From: a virus
Taxonomy: Duplodnaviria; Caudoviricetes
IMG/VR virus record: IMGVR_UViG_3300049472_000056
Span: 1-34,661 of that record
Reading direction: 5' to 3' (one strand)
DNA length: 34,661 nucleotides
Below are positions 14,245 through 23,997 of this stretch, piece by piece. Position 1 is the first letter of the stretch. Every line of letters begins with the position of its first letter. The notes under the pieces are model-generated. The model was given only the letters and a program-made list of their open reading frames with translations. It did not search any database and was not told the origin of the DNA. A program made the translations under genes and the position numbers.

Positions 14245-16932
14245 TTAGAATCTGCCGTATGCGCGCAGCACGTTATAGCGATAGGTTACGCCACCGCTCA
14301 CCTTGTCGAATACCACCAGCGCCTGCGTCACGACGACGCGATCGCCCTGGATCAGGTCAGACGCTACGTAGCTCGTCGAGTCGCACAGGATCCACGCCGA
14401 TTCGCCGGTGCTGATCAGCGCGGCGACGCAGATGCCGTCTGGCAAGCCGGGCGGAATCGGAGTTGGCGGCACGATCACCGTGTCTCCCGGCGATCCGCCA
14501 GTGCCCGCCGGCAGGTCTGCGGCGGTCAAAGCACTGGTCTTGCGCTTGCCGCCGTCCGCGCCCCAATCGGGCAGCGGCTTGCCGCCAATCACGAGGTACA
14601 GCGCAGGCGGGGCGGCACCCCCACCCCCCATCAAAGGAATCAACGGCCTCGCCGCCACATCAGCCGCAACCTTGCCCTGTGCAATCTGATTACGTTGAAC
14701 CACCTGTGCCACGGATCCGCCAAGCTCTGAGGACACCGGGCCGCCACGGGAAGGCGATGGCGAAACCTGCGTGCGGGAAGGCTGTGGCGGTAACTCGGTC
14801 TGAATCGTAATGCGCTGGTTAGCCCAATCGGTTTCTATGGACGCAATGAGGCCATTCACCTCGCGGCCAACCCCTCGCTCTACCACTTGCCGCAGGGAAT
14901 CCCCCGGCAGATAGACCGACATCGATTCTTCATTGGTGTTCACGATACGGGCCGAGAGCGTCTTACGGAAGGCCCACTCCGACAACTCATCGCAGTAAGC
15001 CTGCGCTGCCGGGTAGTCGTTAACGATGATCGTGTCTTGCACGACGTTTTTAGACCCGGTGTTGTCGGCTGATAGGCCAACCACGGTCCCGGCCAGCATG
15101 CAGTGGAAGCGGAAGGAATCATCTCTGATAATCATCTGCCTGCGTGGCTGCGTGACCGATGCGCCACTATAGGGGCGGGCCCGGCTCACCTCTAGCCGCT
15201 GATCCGAGAAGATGCCAATGGTACAGACCAGCTTCCGCCAGTCGAAGACCGGAGCCTGTCCGCCATCGTCAGTGGCTACGAAGGTTCCGAGTCCCAGCGT
15301 GTGCGGGCGGGAGTACTTGACCGTTATGCCGGGGCGGTTCGGCGGCACGTCCACCTGGGGTGATTCGCTGAACGGGGTCACGGTCGAGGTGCTGACCCTG
15401 GTCAGGAGGTCTTTCCACTTGATGGCCGGGGCCGCTGAGTCGTAATAGTACACCTGGGGGCTGATGTACTTGGGGGTCTTGTCGATCGTGACGTTGGCGG
15501 TTTTGGTGCCATCCCAGCCCAAGCCCTCAAAGAACGGTACGACGGGCGAGAGGCTGAGGGAGGGTAGGTACTGATCCTTGTTGGTCGGCTGGATGGTTGC
15601 GACTGCGCCATCCCAGGTAACCAGCGGGGTAAGCGGAACGGACCCGGTAGCCTGACCGCCAGCCGTTGAGCGGGTGATGCCAGATCCTGGAGTGGCCCGC
15701 TTGAGCACGAAGGACGAGAAGACGGCATCAAACTTGGTCTGGGCCCGCTCAGTGCCGGTGGCCGCGCTGTAGTCGGCCTCCTGGGCTGCATTCCAGGCTT
15801 GGTCTAGGTTGCCGTCCAGGTTGGATACAGAGGCACCGAATAGGAGCGGAGCGCCCTGAACGATTACCTCGTCATAGACTGATTCATCGTCTTCCGTGTA
15901 AGAGACTTCTACCGCCTTCGACTCATCGGCGATATAGGAAAGACAGCGGTTCTTATCCTTGGGCGGTCCAAAGTTGGAAGCGTGAGCAGACCTGGAAACA
16001 ATTGTGATCTTCCAGTAATAGATGCCGCCAGACTCTGCCAGGTCTAATCGCCAGCCGGTGCCGGTGCCAGCGGAGAACAGTAGATCAAGGATGCCCGTGT
16101 AGGTTAGGCCGGTGAGATCCCAGTTGGTGGCCTTAACCGGAGAATCAATCCAGCCAATAAGCCCAGCTCCACCACCTGGGAAAGTGTATGCGTTTGGATC
16201 AGTTACAGTTCCTTCGACTGACATCCAAAACGGAGGTAGCCCATCAGGTCCGCAGAATTGCGCCATGTGGGTAGCGAGTCGCCACGGTGTCCAGTACTTT
16301 GAGCCGTCTGCTATGGGATCTGATCCAAGGTCGGCCAGCTCCCGCGAGAAGAGATAGGCAGGGTGTCCGCTATCATCAGTTCCGAGGATTGCATTGCCAA
16401 CCAGAAGCGCCGCGGAACCACTGCGAAGATTCGCTGGCGGAACACTGTCAAGCTGCGTCGGGTATCCAGTGCCGTCCGTCTGCTGCCAGCCCTGCACCCG
16501 CAGATTGTCTAGGATCGCGCTTCCAACCTCTGATGCAGTGACGGTTCCAATGTAGTCGTAGGTGTCCGCAGTCTCGAAGGACGTTCCAGTGCAGACTCCA
16601 AACCATTCAATGGAGTTAATGTCTGGCAGTTCGATAGGGGCATCAGCGGTGCCGGTCGTGGCGGTACCGGTGGCGATACAAACATAGCAGCCGACGCGGA
16701 ACAAGCTCGATTGATCCGTGAACTCTGTAGCGCCATTCTGTAGCACATTGCGTCGCAACAGGCGGAAAACGGCACCACCAGCTGATCGCATAGCACGGGT
16801 GGACGAAACAGGAACAAGCCTGTTGTCTATATGCCACGCGTTCCAGTCCCACGGGAACTGCGCATTTCCCAGGCTGTCAACCTGCGGATCCATGATCCAG
16901 ACTTGGCATTGCCGCGCCTGCTGTGGCGTCAT
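14245..16932 (-). CDS. Putative tail hub/Tal-like (baseplate) protein
   Basis: 895 aa, second gene after the tape measure; YDEVIVQG and PGD...GLIASIETD motifs resemble hub proteins. Confidence 0.6.
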   Translation of the reverse strand: MTPQQARQCQVWIMDPQVDSLGNAQFPWDWNAWHIDNRLVPVSSTRAMRSAGGAVFRLLRRNVLQNGATEFTDQSSLFRVGCYVCIATGTATTGTADAPIELPDINSIEWFGVCTGTSFETADTYDYIGTVTASEVGSAILDNLRVQGWQQTDGTGYPTQLDSVPPANLRSGSAALLVGNAILGTDDSGHPAYLFSRELADLGSDPIADGSKYWTPWRLATHMAQFCGPDGLPPFWMSVEGTVTDPNAYTFPGGGAGLIGWIDSPVKATNWDLTGLTYTGILDLLFSAGTGTGWRLDLAESGGIYYWKITIVSRSAHASNFGPPKDKNRCLSYIADESKAVEVSYTEDDESVYDEVIVQGAPLLFGASVSNLDGNLDQAWNAAQEADYSAATGTERAQTKFDAVFSSFVLKRATPGSGITRSTAGGQATGSVPLTPLVTWDGAVATIQPTNKDQYLPSLSLSPVVPFFEGLGWDGTKTANVTIDKTPKYISPQVYYYDSAAPAIKWKDLLTRVSTSTVTPFSESPQVDVPPNRPGITVKYSRPHTLGLGTFVATDDGGQAPVFDWRKLVCTIGIFSDQRLEVSRARPYSGASVTQPRRQMIIRDDSFRFHCMLAGTVVGLSADNTGSKNVVQDTIIVNDYPAAQAYCDELSEWAFRKTLSARIVNTNEESMSVYLPGDSLRQVVERGVGREVNGLIASIETDWANQRITIQTELPPQPSRTQVSPSPSRGGPVSSELGGSVAQVVQRNQIAQGKVAADVAARPLIPLMGGGGAAPPALYLVIGGKPLPDWGADGGKRKTSALTAADLPAGTGGSPGDTVIVPPTPIPPGLPDGICVAALISTGESAWILCDSTSYVASDLIQGDRVVVTQALVVFDKVSGGVTYRYNVLRAYGRF

Positions 16933-17339
16933 GGGGTTTGTTCCAGTTTGATAGTTGCTTCGAGGCGGAATGCCGCCGGGGTGGATCCGGTTATGATGCT
17001 CCCGCGAGTTGCCACCAACTTATCGATATTTACATCGGTTATGATGCACTTAACGGCGGAGTATTCTTTGTAAGTGACCGAAACAACTTTGAAGACCAGA
17101 AGTTGCAAAGACTTAATCAGAGCATCGCCTTCTGCCTGCGTGGACAACGCATGCCAGACCGAAAGCGTAGACTCCTTGCAATCGCGCCCAAGCGTCTGGT
17201 ATCCCGCCTGCCCAGCCCCTGGCCTGCGGAACCGTTCGCCAACCGTTGCGACGTAGTGAATCTGACCACTGCAACCATGCAGGCTAACAGAGGATCCGCC
17301 AGACAGTGGGGTCAGGGTTAGGCGTGTGGTTAGTGGCAT
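16929..17339 (-). CDS. Putative distal tail protein
   Basis: 136 aa, immediately after the TMP; call is positional. Confidence 0.5.
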   Translation of the reverse strand: MPLTTRLTLTPLSGGSSVSLHGCSGQIHYVATVGERFRRPGAGQAGYQTLGRDCKESTLSVWHALSTQAEGDALIKSLQLLVFKVVSVTYKEYSAVKCIITDVNIDKLVATRGSIITGSTPAAFRLEATIKLEQTP

Positions 17340-18133
17340 TATGGACCCTGGGCGAAGGCTATGGAGCTGGCTCTATTCTGCGCATTGATCACCCCGGTAT
17401 TTTCAGACACAAATCCAAAGCTTACCAGCCTCATGAACGCCTTTTCGAAGAACCCAAGTCTGTCTCTGATTTCACGCTGTATTTCAATTTCTTCCTGGGC
17501 TGCATTTGAAAGATCCATCAGAGCAGCAGACTCGGGAGAGCGAGCCCTAGCTAGTTGATTAGTTAATACCCCTTCGCCGTTGGCCATGGCACGTTCCAGG
17601 TTCGCCCTGTCGATTTTTGCATTTAACTTATCAACGGAAGAATAAAACTTTACCATTTCCGGTGTAATTGCCGCAGGGTTTCCGCCCATCAGCTTATCGC
17701 GCTGGGACATTGCGGATCCAAGGGCAGATTGGTCTGCCGATGCTACCGCCGCTCTGAGAGATCCCCTAGTTGCGTAACGAGTAGAAACGTCATCTTTAAT
17801 GGCTTGGATGCCCAGCTCGATGGCCTTGCCAAACTGCCTTAAAGCAAAACCGCCAGCCACTGCCGCTACACCCATGGCTGCGAGTGCTGGCGTTGCCGCT
17901 CCAGCTATCTCCGCAAGCTGACCGATTGGGCCAATCCCAGATGCGAGTTGGCCAACCTTGGCGAGTTTTCCGACCCGTGCCCGTGCTTGGCGTTCATCCC
18001 GTGCCGCCGCTTTAGCCGCTGGCGACGCGTTAGCCTGGTCCAGTCCGAGCAATTTCTTTTTAAGATTGTCCACCTGCTGCACGGCTTTGCCCGTGCCATC
18101 AAGGACGAATCTAACAACGGACTGACCGGCCAT
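17339..18133 (-). CDS. Short tape measure protein
   Basis: Follows the frameshifted chaperone; Ala/Gly-rich and helical with a hydrophobic segment; N-terminus VRFVLDGTG..QQVDNL. Confidence 0.7.
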   Translation of the reverse strand: MAGQSVVRFVLDGTGKAVQQVDNLKKKLLGLDQANASPAAKAAARDERQARARVGKLAKVGQLASGIGPIGQLAEIAGAATPALAAMGVAAVAGGFALRQFGKAIELGIQAIKDDVSTRYATRGSLRAAVASADQSALGSAMSQRDKLMGGNPAAITPEMVKFYSSVDKLNAKIDRANLERAMANGEGVLTNQLARARSPESAALMDLSNAAQEEIEIQREIRDRLGFFEKAFMRLVSFGFVSENTGVINAQNRASSIAFAQGP

Positions 18134-18136
18134 AGT

Positions 18137-18286
18137 TCATCCTTTCTTCAATCGTGGAATCTTGCCTGTAAACGCAGCCCAATCAAGCCATGCCTCCGCG
18201 TCTGAGGCGGTCATATCGCACCCGTCAAGTCCCAAGTGCGCTATGCACTGGGAGTGCCATCGCTCGCGGGTGCCCCGGCTTTTGGG
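18137..18286 (-). other. -1 frameshift site CCCAAAA (18286-18280) and 47-aa GT-type extension
   Basis: In-frame C CCA AAA; the -1 frame is open to TGA at 18139-18137, 3 nt before the TMP ATG. Confidence 0.8.
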
Positions 18287-18864
18287 TCGCCGCACCAGAT
18301 AGCCCCAAGCATGGGCTCCACGTCCTCGGTGCTGAATATTCCAAGATCATCTAGCAGCTCTGCGGTGACCCGATAACGCTGACTAAATGCCAGAGCGATC
18401 AGCCGCAATAGCTCTTCGTCATCGTGGAGCAGACCGCCTTCAACTTTGGCACGGTCTAGGAGCATAACGGAAAGCCTGCCATACTCGGTCACGGGATCGC
18501 CCAGACGTTCGCCAGCCGACCGAGATAGGCGCAACTGGCGGAACCGGACGACGGCCACCGGGATTTCAGCGACCACGCCGCATGCCAATTGTACAATGAC
18601 GCCAGTGCCCGGAGTCGGCTTGGCGAGATCGTACAGAGTTGGCATCACCTTGGGCGACAGATACTGCAACCCGACACCCGAGGGTTCAGGCTGTTTGTAA
18701 TCATCCGTCTGGTCTGACATGCCGATCATGGTCACAAACGTACCGCCAAGCGGGTGCCCAGTGTACTGCCAGGGACCAGCGTGTTGAATGGCGGCTAGCG
18801 ACGGGTGTTCCTTGGCGTCTGACGGATGGACATCAGGAAGCCAGTAGGCGGCCCCGGCGATCAT
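18241..18864 (-). CDS. Tail assembly chaperone (G-like)
   Basis: Between the major tail protein and TMP; ATGA overlap; slippery site near the 3' end. Confidence 0.72.
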   Translation of the reverse strand: MIAGAAYWLPDVHPSDAKEHPSLAAIQHAGPWQYTGHPLGGTFVTMIGMSDQTDDYKQPEPSGVGLQYLSPKVMPTLYDLAKPTPGTGVIVQLACGVVAEIPVAVVRFRQLRLSRSAGERLGDPVTEYGRLSVMLLDRAKVEGGLLHDDEELLRLIALAFSQRYRVTAELLDDLGIFSTEDVEPMLGAIWCGDPKAGAPASDGTPSA

Positions 18865-19283
18865 GACCAGACGAAGGGAGTGGTCCCCGCAGCGGTGGCG
18901 CATTCAAACTCGAACTCGGCGGTCCCACGGTCTGCGTGCGGAGCATTGCCGCTGGTCCTGGTAATGACTGCCTCTGCACAAGTCAGGGTCTTATCCTGAC
19001 CAGCGGTGGCACCCTTACCGGCTGCACGCTTCTGCATCACAATGACGAGCGCCCCGGCGCTTCCGATGTCAAAGTTGGCGACATTCAACAGCGAGGTGTT
19101 GCGCGAAGAAACCTTCACGACACCCTTGATATTGTCCATGAACGTGGCGGCGATGACTATCTGCCCGTCCGAGTTGTGCGATACGGTGTCGCCCTCTTGA
19201 CCGAAAGAAACGTCTTCCAGTCCGTCTATGGCGGTGCCCTTAAAGGTCACAGTCTTGATGATATAAGTTGCTGCGGCTGCCAT
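18861..19283 (-). CDS. Major tail tube protein
   Basis: 140-aa beta-rich protein positioned before chaperone and TMP; GAGG RBS. Confidence 0.7.
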   Translation of the reverse strand: MAAAATYIIKTVTFKGTAIDGLEDVSFGQEGDTVSHNSDGQIVIAATFMDNIKGVVKVSSRNTSLLNVANFDIGSAGALVIVMQKRAAGKGATAGQDKTLTCAEAVITRTSGNAPHADRGTAEFEFECATAAGTTPFVWS

Positions 19284-19286
19284 GAT

Positions 19287-20183
19287 TTACCCTCTCTGTG
19301 GTAGTGTTTGTAGACGCCTATTTTTATGAGCGCGGGCTAGCGCGCCTCTTGTCTTAGCTGAATTGATCTTGCGTTCGATATCGCGCTTTTGCTGCTTGGA
19401 TGCGACAAGGCGCTTTCTGGATGAGCCTCTAACGGACGATCCGGCTACGAACGCCTCCATTTGAGAGGTGAAGACTTCCGACACGTGGTCGGCTTCTGTT
19501 GGAGTCGAGCGCCCCAGGACTGCGCCGTCTTTGGCCTGCAGCGGGTGGATACGCGGGATCCTGATAGCCAGTTCAGACGTTCCGCCCTTGGTCTTTGCAT
19601 CGGGTCGAGCATTTGCCTTGGCGTACTTCTCCAGGTCGCCGGTCTCGACGAGCGGGATTGGCTCAACGCCAGGGCCGTCAAGATACTCATCAATGGCGAA
19701 GTTTCGGACACGCTCACGAAGTCTGGAGCGCTCAATGACTTCCTTGCGCATCTTCTGGCGAGCGGTCTTCCAGTCGCCGGAATTGCTGACCTTGATGCGG
19801 CCAGACTTCAGCGCTTCAGATGACCATCTACGCCACACCTCGCCAGATGGCGCGGCTTTTCCGGTTGGATCCCAGCCGCCCCAAGGTGCGCAGCATTGCT
19901 GGACAATGCGGTCGTACTGGCCATTGGTGCGCATCAGTGCGATGGCAAGGCGGATCTGCTCTTCCCGCGTTAGTTTCTTACTGATCTTTTTGGAGGTGTA
20001 GCCTAGATCGGTGATGGCAAACGACGTGAAGCGCTTAGGCAATGCCCCCGCTATCCAGTCGCGCCCGGCATCGATCAGGGCGGCTTTCATGGCACGTTGC
20101 CACTCGCGCTTGCTGAATAGCTTTTGAGCCTCTGGGCTGAAGCTAAGGCCAGACTTGAAAGAGACTGCGGCGCGGGATGCCAT
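19287..20183 (-). CDS. Putative neck/tail-completion protein
   Basis: Basic protein with PLVETGDL motif (PLxDTGxL-like of neck/morphogenesis proteins). Confidence 0.55.
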   Translation of the reverse strand: MASRAAVSFKSGLSFSPEAQKLFSKREWQRAMKAALIDAGRDWIAGALPKRFTSFAITDLGYTSKKISKKLTREEQIRLAIALMRTNGQYDRIVQQCCAPWGGWDPTGKAAPSGEVWRRWSSEALKSGRIKVSNSGDWKTARQKMRKEVIERSRLRERVRNFAIDEYLDGPGVEPIPLVETGDLEKYAKANARPDAKTKGGTSELAIRIPRIHPLQAKDGAVLGRSTPTEADHVSEVFTSQMEAFVAGSSVRGSSRKRLVASKQQKRDIERKINSAKTRGALARAHKNRRLQTLPQRG

Positions 20184-20186
20184 GGC

Positions 20187-20630
20187 TCATCCCTCCCATG
20201 CAATCTGGATTTGCAGGGTGAAGTATGAGCGGGCGGCACCGTCTGCGGATGCCGCTACCTTGGAGCGTCGGACCCGTGAACAGAGCGAGCGGGTAGCGCC
20301 CGCAATGAACAGGCTTTCCCCAGTCAACTCCGAAAGCTGAAGCACTAAATCATGTCCAGCCTCTTCCGCTGTGCCAATCGAGGTTACGGCGGGATCTAGG
20401 TAGAAAGTCGCACTGATGCTACCTCGTGCATATGACTCACCGGGGGCATGGCGCTCGGCGGTGTATTCGGCTTCACTGAGGACACAGAAGGGCATTGTGG
20501 TCGTTTTAAGACCAGCTTCTGGGTAGTGGTAGGCTGGTGTCGAGCCACACCCAAGAGTAACAGCGGCAGCACAAGCAACGATGGCGTCTCGTGCCTCTAC
20601 AACCTTCGTTGGCGGATCAGCCCAGGTCAT
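20187..20630 (-). CDS. Putative tail terminator
   Basis: 147 aa; size, position and the TMPFCVLSE pattern fit. Confidence 0.55.
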   Translation of the reverse strand: MTWADPPTKVVEARDAIVACAAAVTLGCGSTPAYHYPEAGLKTTTMPFCVLSEAEYTAERHAPGESYARGSISATFYLDPAVTSIGTAEEAGHDLVLQLSELTGESLFIAGATRSLCSRVRRSKVAASADGAARSYFTLQIQIAWEG

Positions 20631-20995
20631 TCCCGGCCCCCTCGATTCTTGTCGTAGGCGGCGTCGGAAAGGATTTCACGGCGGATGCGGTAATTGACAC
20701 AGGACAAGGTCCGGTCGATCCCGAGCACTGCCCAGACCTGGTTTTGATGGTCGCGGACCTGATCCCCGATTGAAAGGACAGTGCTTGTCAGGCGACACAG
20801 TAGCGTGCCGGTGTGCATCTGAGTCTCGCCGCCCTCGTCTTCGTCGTAGGAGACGCTCACGGGCGGGTCAGTGTTCAGGATTGCACCGGGTAGCGCCAGG
20901 AAGGTGCCGGATGTTCCGACCCGATAATAGACCGCTGAATCCTGTAGTGCCAGGATTGCTTGATCTACACCGGAACGAATCGCGGACATGCTCAT
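20627..20995 (-). CDS. Putative head-closure protein (gpFII-like)
   Basis: 122-aa beta-rich protein with LSIGDQV...WAV pattern. Confidence 0.6.
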   Translation of the reverse strand: MSMSAIRSGVDQAILALQDSAVYYRVGTSGTFLALPGAILNTDPPVSVSYDEDEGGETQMHTGTLLCRLTSTVLSIGDQVRDHQNQVWAVLGIDRTLSCVNYRIRREILSDAAYDKNRGGRE

Positions 20996-22116
20996 CCGTG
21001 TTCGTCCTTTTGCATTGGATTGATCAAGGAAAGTGCCTTCCAGCGCGAGCGGACCTTGGCGAAACGGCCTTCCAGTCCCGAGCGCTTCAAGGCGCGGCTC
21101 AGTTCAGCCTTGGCCTTCACAGCGTTCATGTCGGCAGCGCCTTCAATGGCATCAATGGTTCGGCTGGCTTCGAATCCAACGCGAAGAGTGCGCTGGTGTG
21201 AAAGGATCCAGGCCACAACACCGACCACGACTACAGCGCCTAGAACCAATGGCAGCCAGGTGATGGTTGCGCCAAATGCGACCACAAGCATGCCTGTCCC
21301 GGCGATCAATCCGCCAATCGGCACTCCCGTACGTGGGCCAGCAAAATAGCCAAGGACGCCACCGAGGAGAGCACCAGCAGCAACGCCAGCTAACCCGATC
21401 CAACGGCAGAGGCGGACCCATGCGCGGAGGTCTTCGCCAGCGGCTTCGGCGGATCGCTCGGCATCTGCCTTTAAACGGGCATCATCTGCCGCTTTCTGAG
21501 CCTTGGCGAGACTTTCGGCCTGTGCAGCTGCAATGGCTCGGGCAATGTCGGCGTTTACCCGAGCCTGCACCGCCTCTTCAATGCGGTGGAGACTCGGGTA
21601 GTTGACCACAGCGGCTTCTAGCGCTTTTGCCTTGGCTTCCTTGGCTGCGGCATCAACGGCGGCAACGTCGCTATCTTTTGCCAGTGATTCAACGCGGGCC
21701 TGGGCACTTACGGAGGCGGCAATGGCGTTGCCGCGCTGTGGGGGGGCGTCGCCTGCGCACGAGGCAAGGAAGAACAGGGCTCCGAGGAGCGCCATGCCCA
21801 TGCTCAGCTTGCCGGTGATGCGCTTAGAGGCCCTGCCCTTCGGCGGATTCTCGGGCGGGTCTTGAACCGTTGGCAGCGGCTCGGTGTGGCGCTTCTTTTT
21901 TGCGCGGTCAAAGTCGCCATCCAGTATCGCGTCGATCTGCTCTTGCTGGGCTAGGCTCAGCTGCTCGCACTTCTTGTGTCTCTCCTCGCACTCATCCAGG
22001 CGGGCTTGTAACTGCGCCCAAGCCAGACCGGCAAGGTACTTCACGATGGCAACGAGGGCCAGGATGCCCATGACCAGCGAAGAGACGACGGTGATGGTGG
22101 TAGCGTCAACGGTCAC
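20992..22116 (-). CDS. Multi-domain membrane protein with internal lipobox; candidate lysis protein
   Basis: N-terminal TM, coiled coil, then KRITGK-MGMALLGALFFLAS-C120, an Ala-rich coiled coil and 2-3 C-terminal TMs. Confidence 0.55.
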   Translation of the reverse strand: MTVDATTITVVSSLVMGILALVAIVKYLAGLAWAQLQARLDECEERHKKCEQLSLAQQEQIDAILDGDFDRAKKKRHTEPLPTVQDPPENPPKGRASKRITGKLSMGMALLGALFFLASCAGDAPPQRGNAIAASVSAQARVESLAKDSDVAAVDAAAKEAKAKALEAAVVNYPSLHRIEEAVQARVNADIARAIAAAQAESLAKAQKAADDARLKADAERSAEAAGEDLRAWVRLCRWIGLAGVAAGALLGGVLGYFAGPRTGVPIGGLIAGTGMLVVAFGATITWLPLVLGAVVVVGVVAWILSHQRTLRVGFEASRTIDAIEGAADMNAVKAKAELSRALKRSGLEGRFAKVRSRWKALSLINPMQKDEHG

Positions 22117-22523
22117 GGTAGTTGTACCTGTGGAAGTTCTTTAAGGAGTGATTCAATTGTTGGCTCAGCGCGGCGACCGTTCAGAACATCATCCAGCACC
22201 TGATACGCCGACGCCCACACCAGCGAGCGCCAAGCACGGAAGGCGCGGCCCTCGGCCTGGAATCGGGCAACCGACGGCTCGTCGGCATAGGTGACAGCGG
22301 TCGAAATGTCATCGTAACCACGGGCCTGGGCGGCACTGTCGAGGAGACGTTGAATGGAAGCCACGAACGCGGCGCGCTTGGCTGGGATTGGGTCAACTGC
22401 TGGAGCCGCAACGATGGTTCCCGACTCCAACGCCTCTTGATAATCGCGATTGGCTGAGTCTTTGGGGATGATTGCGCCGTCAGATTCTCGACGGATGAAC
22501 GTTGTGTAATCGCTGTGCGTCAT
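22113..22523 (-). CDS. Tail-fibre assembly/chaperone-like protein
   Basis: IPKDSANRDYQ and IQRLLDSAAQARGYDDISTAVTYA...FQAEG...AWRSLVW motifs; follows the fibre gene with ATGA overlap. Confidence 0.75.
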   Translation of the reverse strand: MTHSDYTTFIRRESDGAIIPKDSANRDYQEALESGTIVAAPAVDPIPAKRAAFVASIQRLLDSAAQARGYDDISTAVTYADEPSVARFQAEGRAFRAWRSLVWASAYQVLDDVLNGRRAEPTIESLLKELPQVQLP

Positions 22524-23644
22524 AGTTCGGCGCTCGCTGTGTAGTGAACGACGACGAGATTGTTGACGGCGGTCGCCGCGTTGGTCAGGGTATACAAATC
22601 GCCTCCGCTCGTACCGGCGGCGATTGCGGTCCCGGAGCAATCGACGGCACCGGAGGTGTCCCGCGCCTGAGCGTTAGCGGCCGACGGGTTGTAGGTCACT
22701 ATAGAAGGGGTTGCCCGCATGGGCACCGGCCAACGGATTGCGTAATCAGTGAAATTTGCCCCGGCTGAAACACAACGCCAATGGATGGCCCCGGTCGTCC
22801 CTGCGTTTTGCGCTGGCGCTACATCAAAATTGAAAGTCTTGTGATAATACCTTTGACACAACGCCAACTCGACCTGTAACGGCCGAATCTCCATCGGCGT
22901 ATTGACCTGGGCGGATGGAGCTACTTCTTTGACTTCAACATCAGAGATGTCGATCGTGCAAAGTACGTTCAGCGGGATGCTCAAAACGAATTGCAAGGCA
23001 CTGTCACGGTTGGTGCCGATGGTCTTCCCGGAAATTGATGGAATGTCTAACACTTGCGTAAATTGCTGCCAAGATGTCGTGACACTAAACGCAGAGCCGG
23101 TCGTATAGACCGCAGAGCTTGGGGATCCTCCGGACCCAAATATCTGACCGAATTGCGGAGTTACACTTCTTGCTGCATCTGCCTTCATCCAGCAGGAAAC
23201 AATGACCCTTTTGCCAGCAAGAGTTCGTACATTCTCTATCATTTGATAGAGTGTCCTAAATGTGCCACCGGCACCTGCCGTAGTCACGTTGTACCGCAGG
23301 AAGTATTCCGGCTCGGTCGCAATGGCCCCAATCGTATGCGTCTGCTGGCTGATCGTTGCCGCGCCAGATCCGTCGTAGGAAGTTGCCCACCGATCAGCGT
23401 GATATGCGCCAGAGGCGATCGCTGCAAAGCTCGTCCCCCGCTGCCAAATATCAAAACGCGGGTTTATCAGCTTGTTCTGGAACGACGCGCAGGGCTGGAT
23501 TTCGATAAGCGGGATGGTGCCCGCTGCGTCCTGCAAAGTATGGATGCGATCCGCCGTTGCTGCTCCTGAAAAAGTAATAAATCCCGACCCGGTAATCCGA
23601 GACAGAATACGCTGCAAGCCCAGTAACGACGGAACGCGGATCAT
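22520..23644 (-). CDS. Fibre protein with carbohydrate-binding-like domain
   Basis: NKLINPRFDIWQRGTS...ELALCQRYY...MRATP signature of phage fibre proteins. Confidence 0.8.
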   Translation of the reverse strand: MIRVPSLLGLQRILSRITGSGFITFSGAATADRIHTLQDAAGTIPLIEIQPCASFQNKLINPRFDIWQRGTSFAAIASGAYHADRWATSYDGSGAATISQQTHTIGAIATEPEYFLRYNVTTAGAGGTFRTLYQMIENVRTLAGKRVIVSCWMKADAARSVTPQFGQIFGSGGSPSSAVYTTGSAFSVTTSWQQFTQVLDIPSISGKTIGTNRDSALQFVLSIPLNVLCTIDISDVEVKEVAPSAQVNTPMEIRPLQVELALCQRYYHKTFNFDVAPAQNAGTTGAIHWRCVSAGANFTDYAIRWPVPMRATPSIVTYNPSAANAQARDTSGAVDCSGTAIAAGTSGGDLYTLTNAATAVNNLVVVHYTASAEL

Positions 23645-23994
23645 ACCGTGTAGCGGTTTACGTTGCCGTGGATGTTGATCACGTTAGCGGACGCGGCGAA
23701 TGCGCGGATAAGAACACCACCATTCAGCCGGATTCCTGGGAGCACGTTTACCCCGCCGATAGTGGGCGGAATCTGAACGGTGATATGATCGTCAGGGGAA
23801 GTAACGCCACCCAACTCAATGGTAAGCTGAACGGTTGCCGCGCTGGTGTTTTCAGCGTACAGCCAAACCTCATCGAAAGAAGTCGTGCCAGATACGCAGG
23901 TATGAAGCAGGGTGCCAGCCGTGGCCGTTGCAGCCACCTTGATGTTCCGCCCGTTAGTGGATCCAGAAAGCAAAACGGGAGTTATAGTGGCCAT
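23641..23994 (-). CDS. Small virion structural protein
   Basis: LSGSTNG..IKVAATATAGT..H...DEVWLYA...AFAASANVINIHG.VNR; beta-sandwich-like. Confidence 0.7.
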   Translation of the reverse strand: MATITPVLLSGSTNGRNIKVAATATAGTLLHTCVSGTTSFDEVWLYAENTSAATVQLTIELGGVTSPDDHITVQIPPTIGGVNVLPGIRLNGGVLIRAFAASANVINIHGNVNRYTV

Positions 23995-23997
23995 TAT

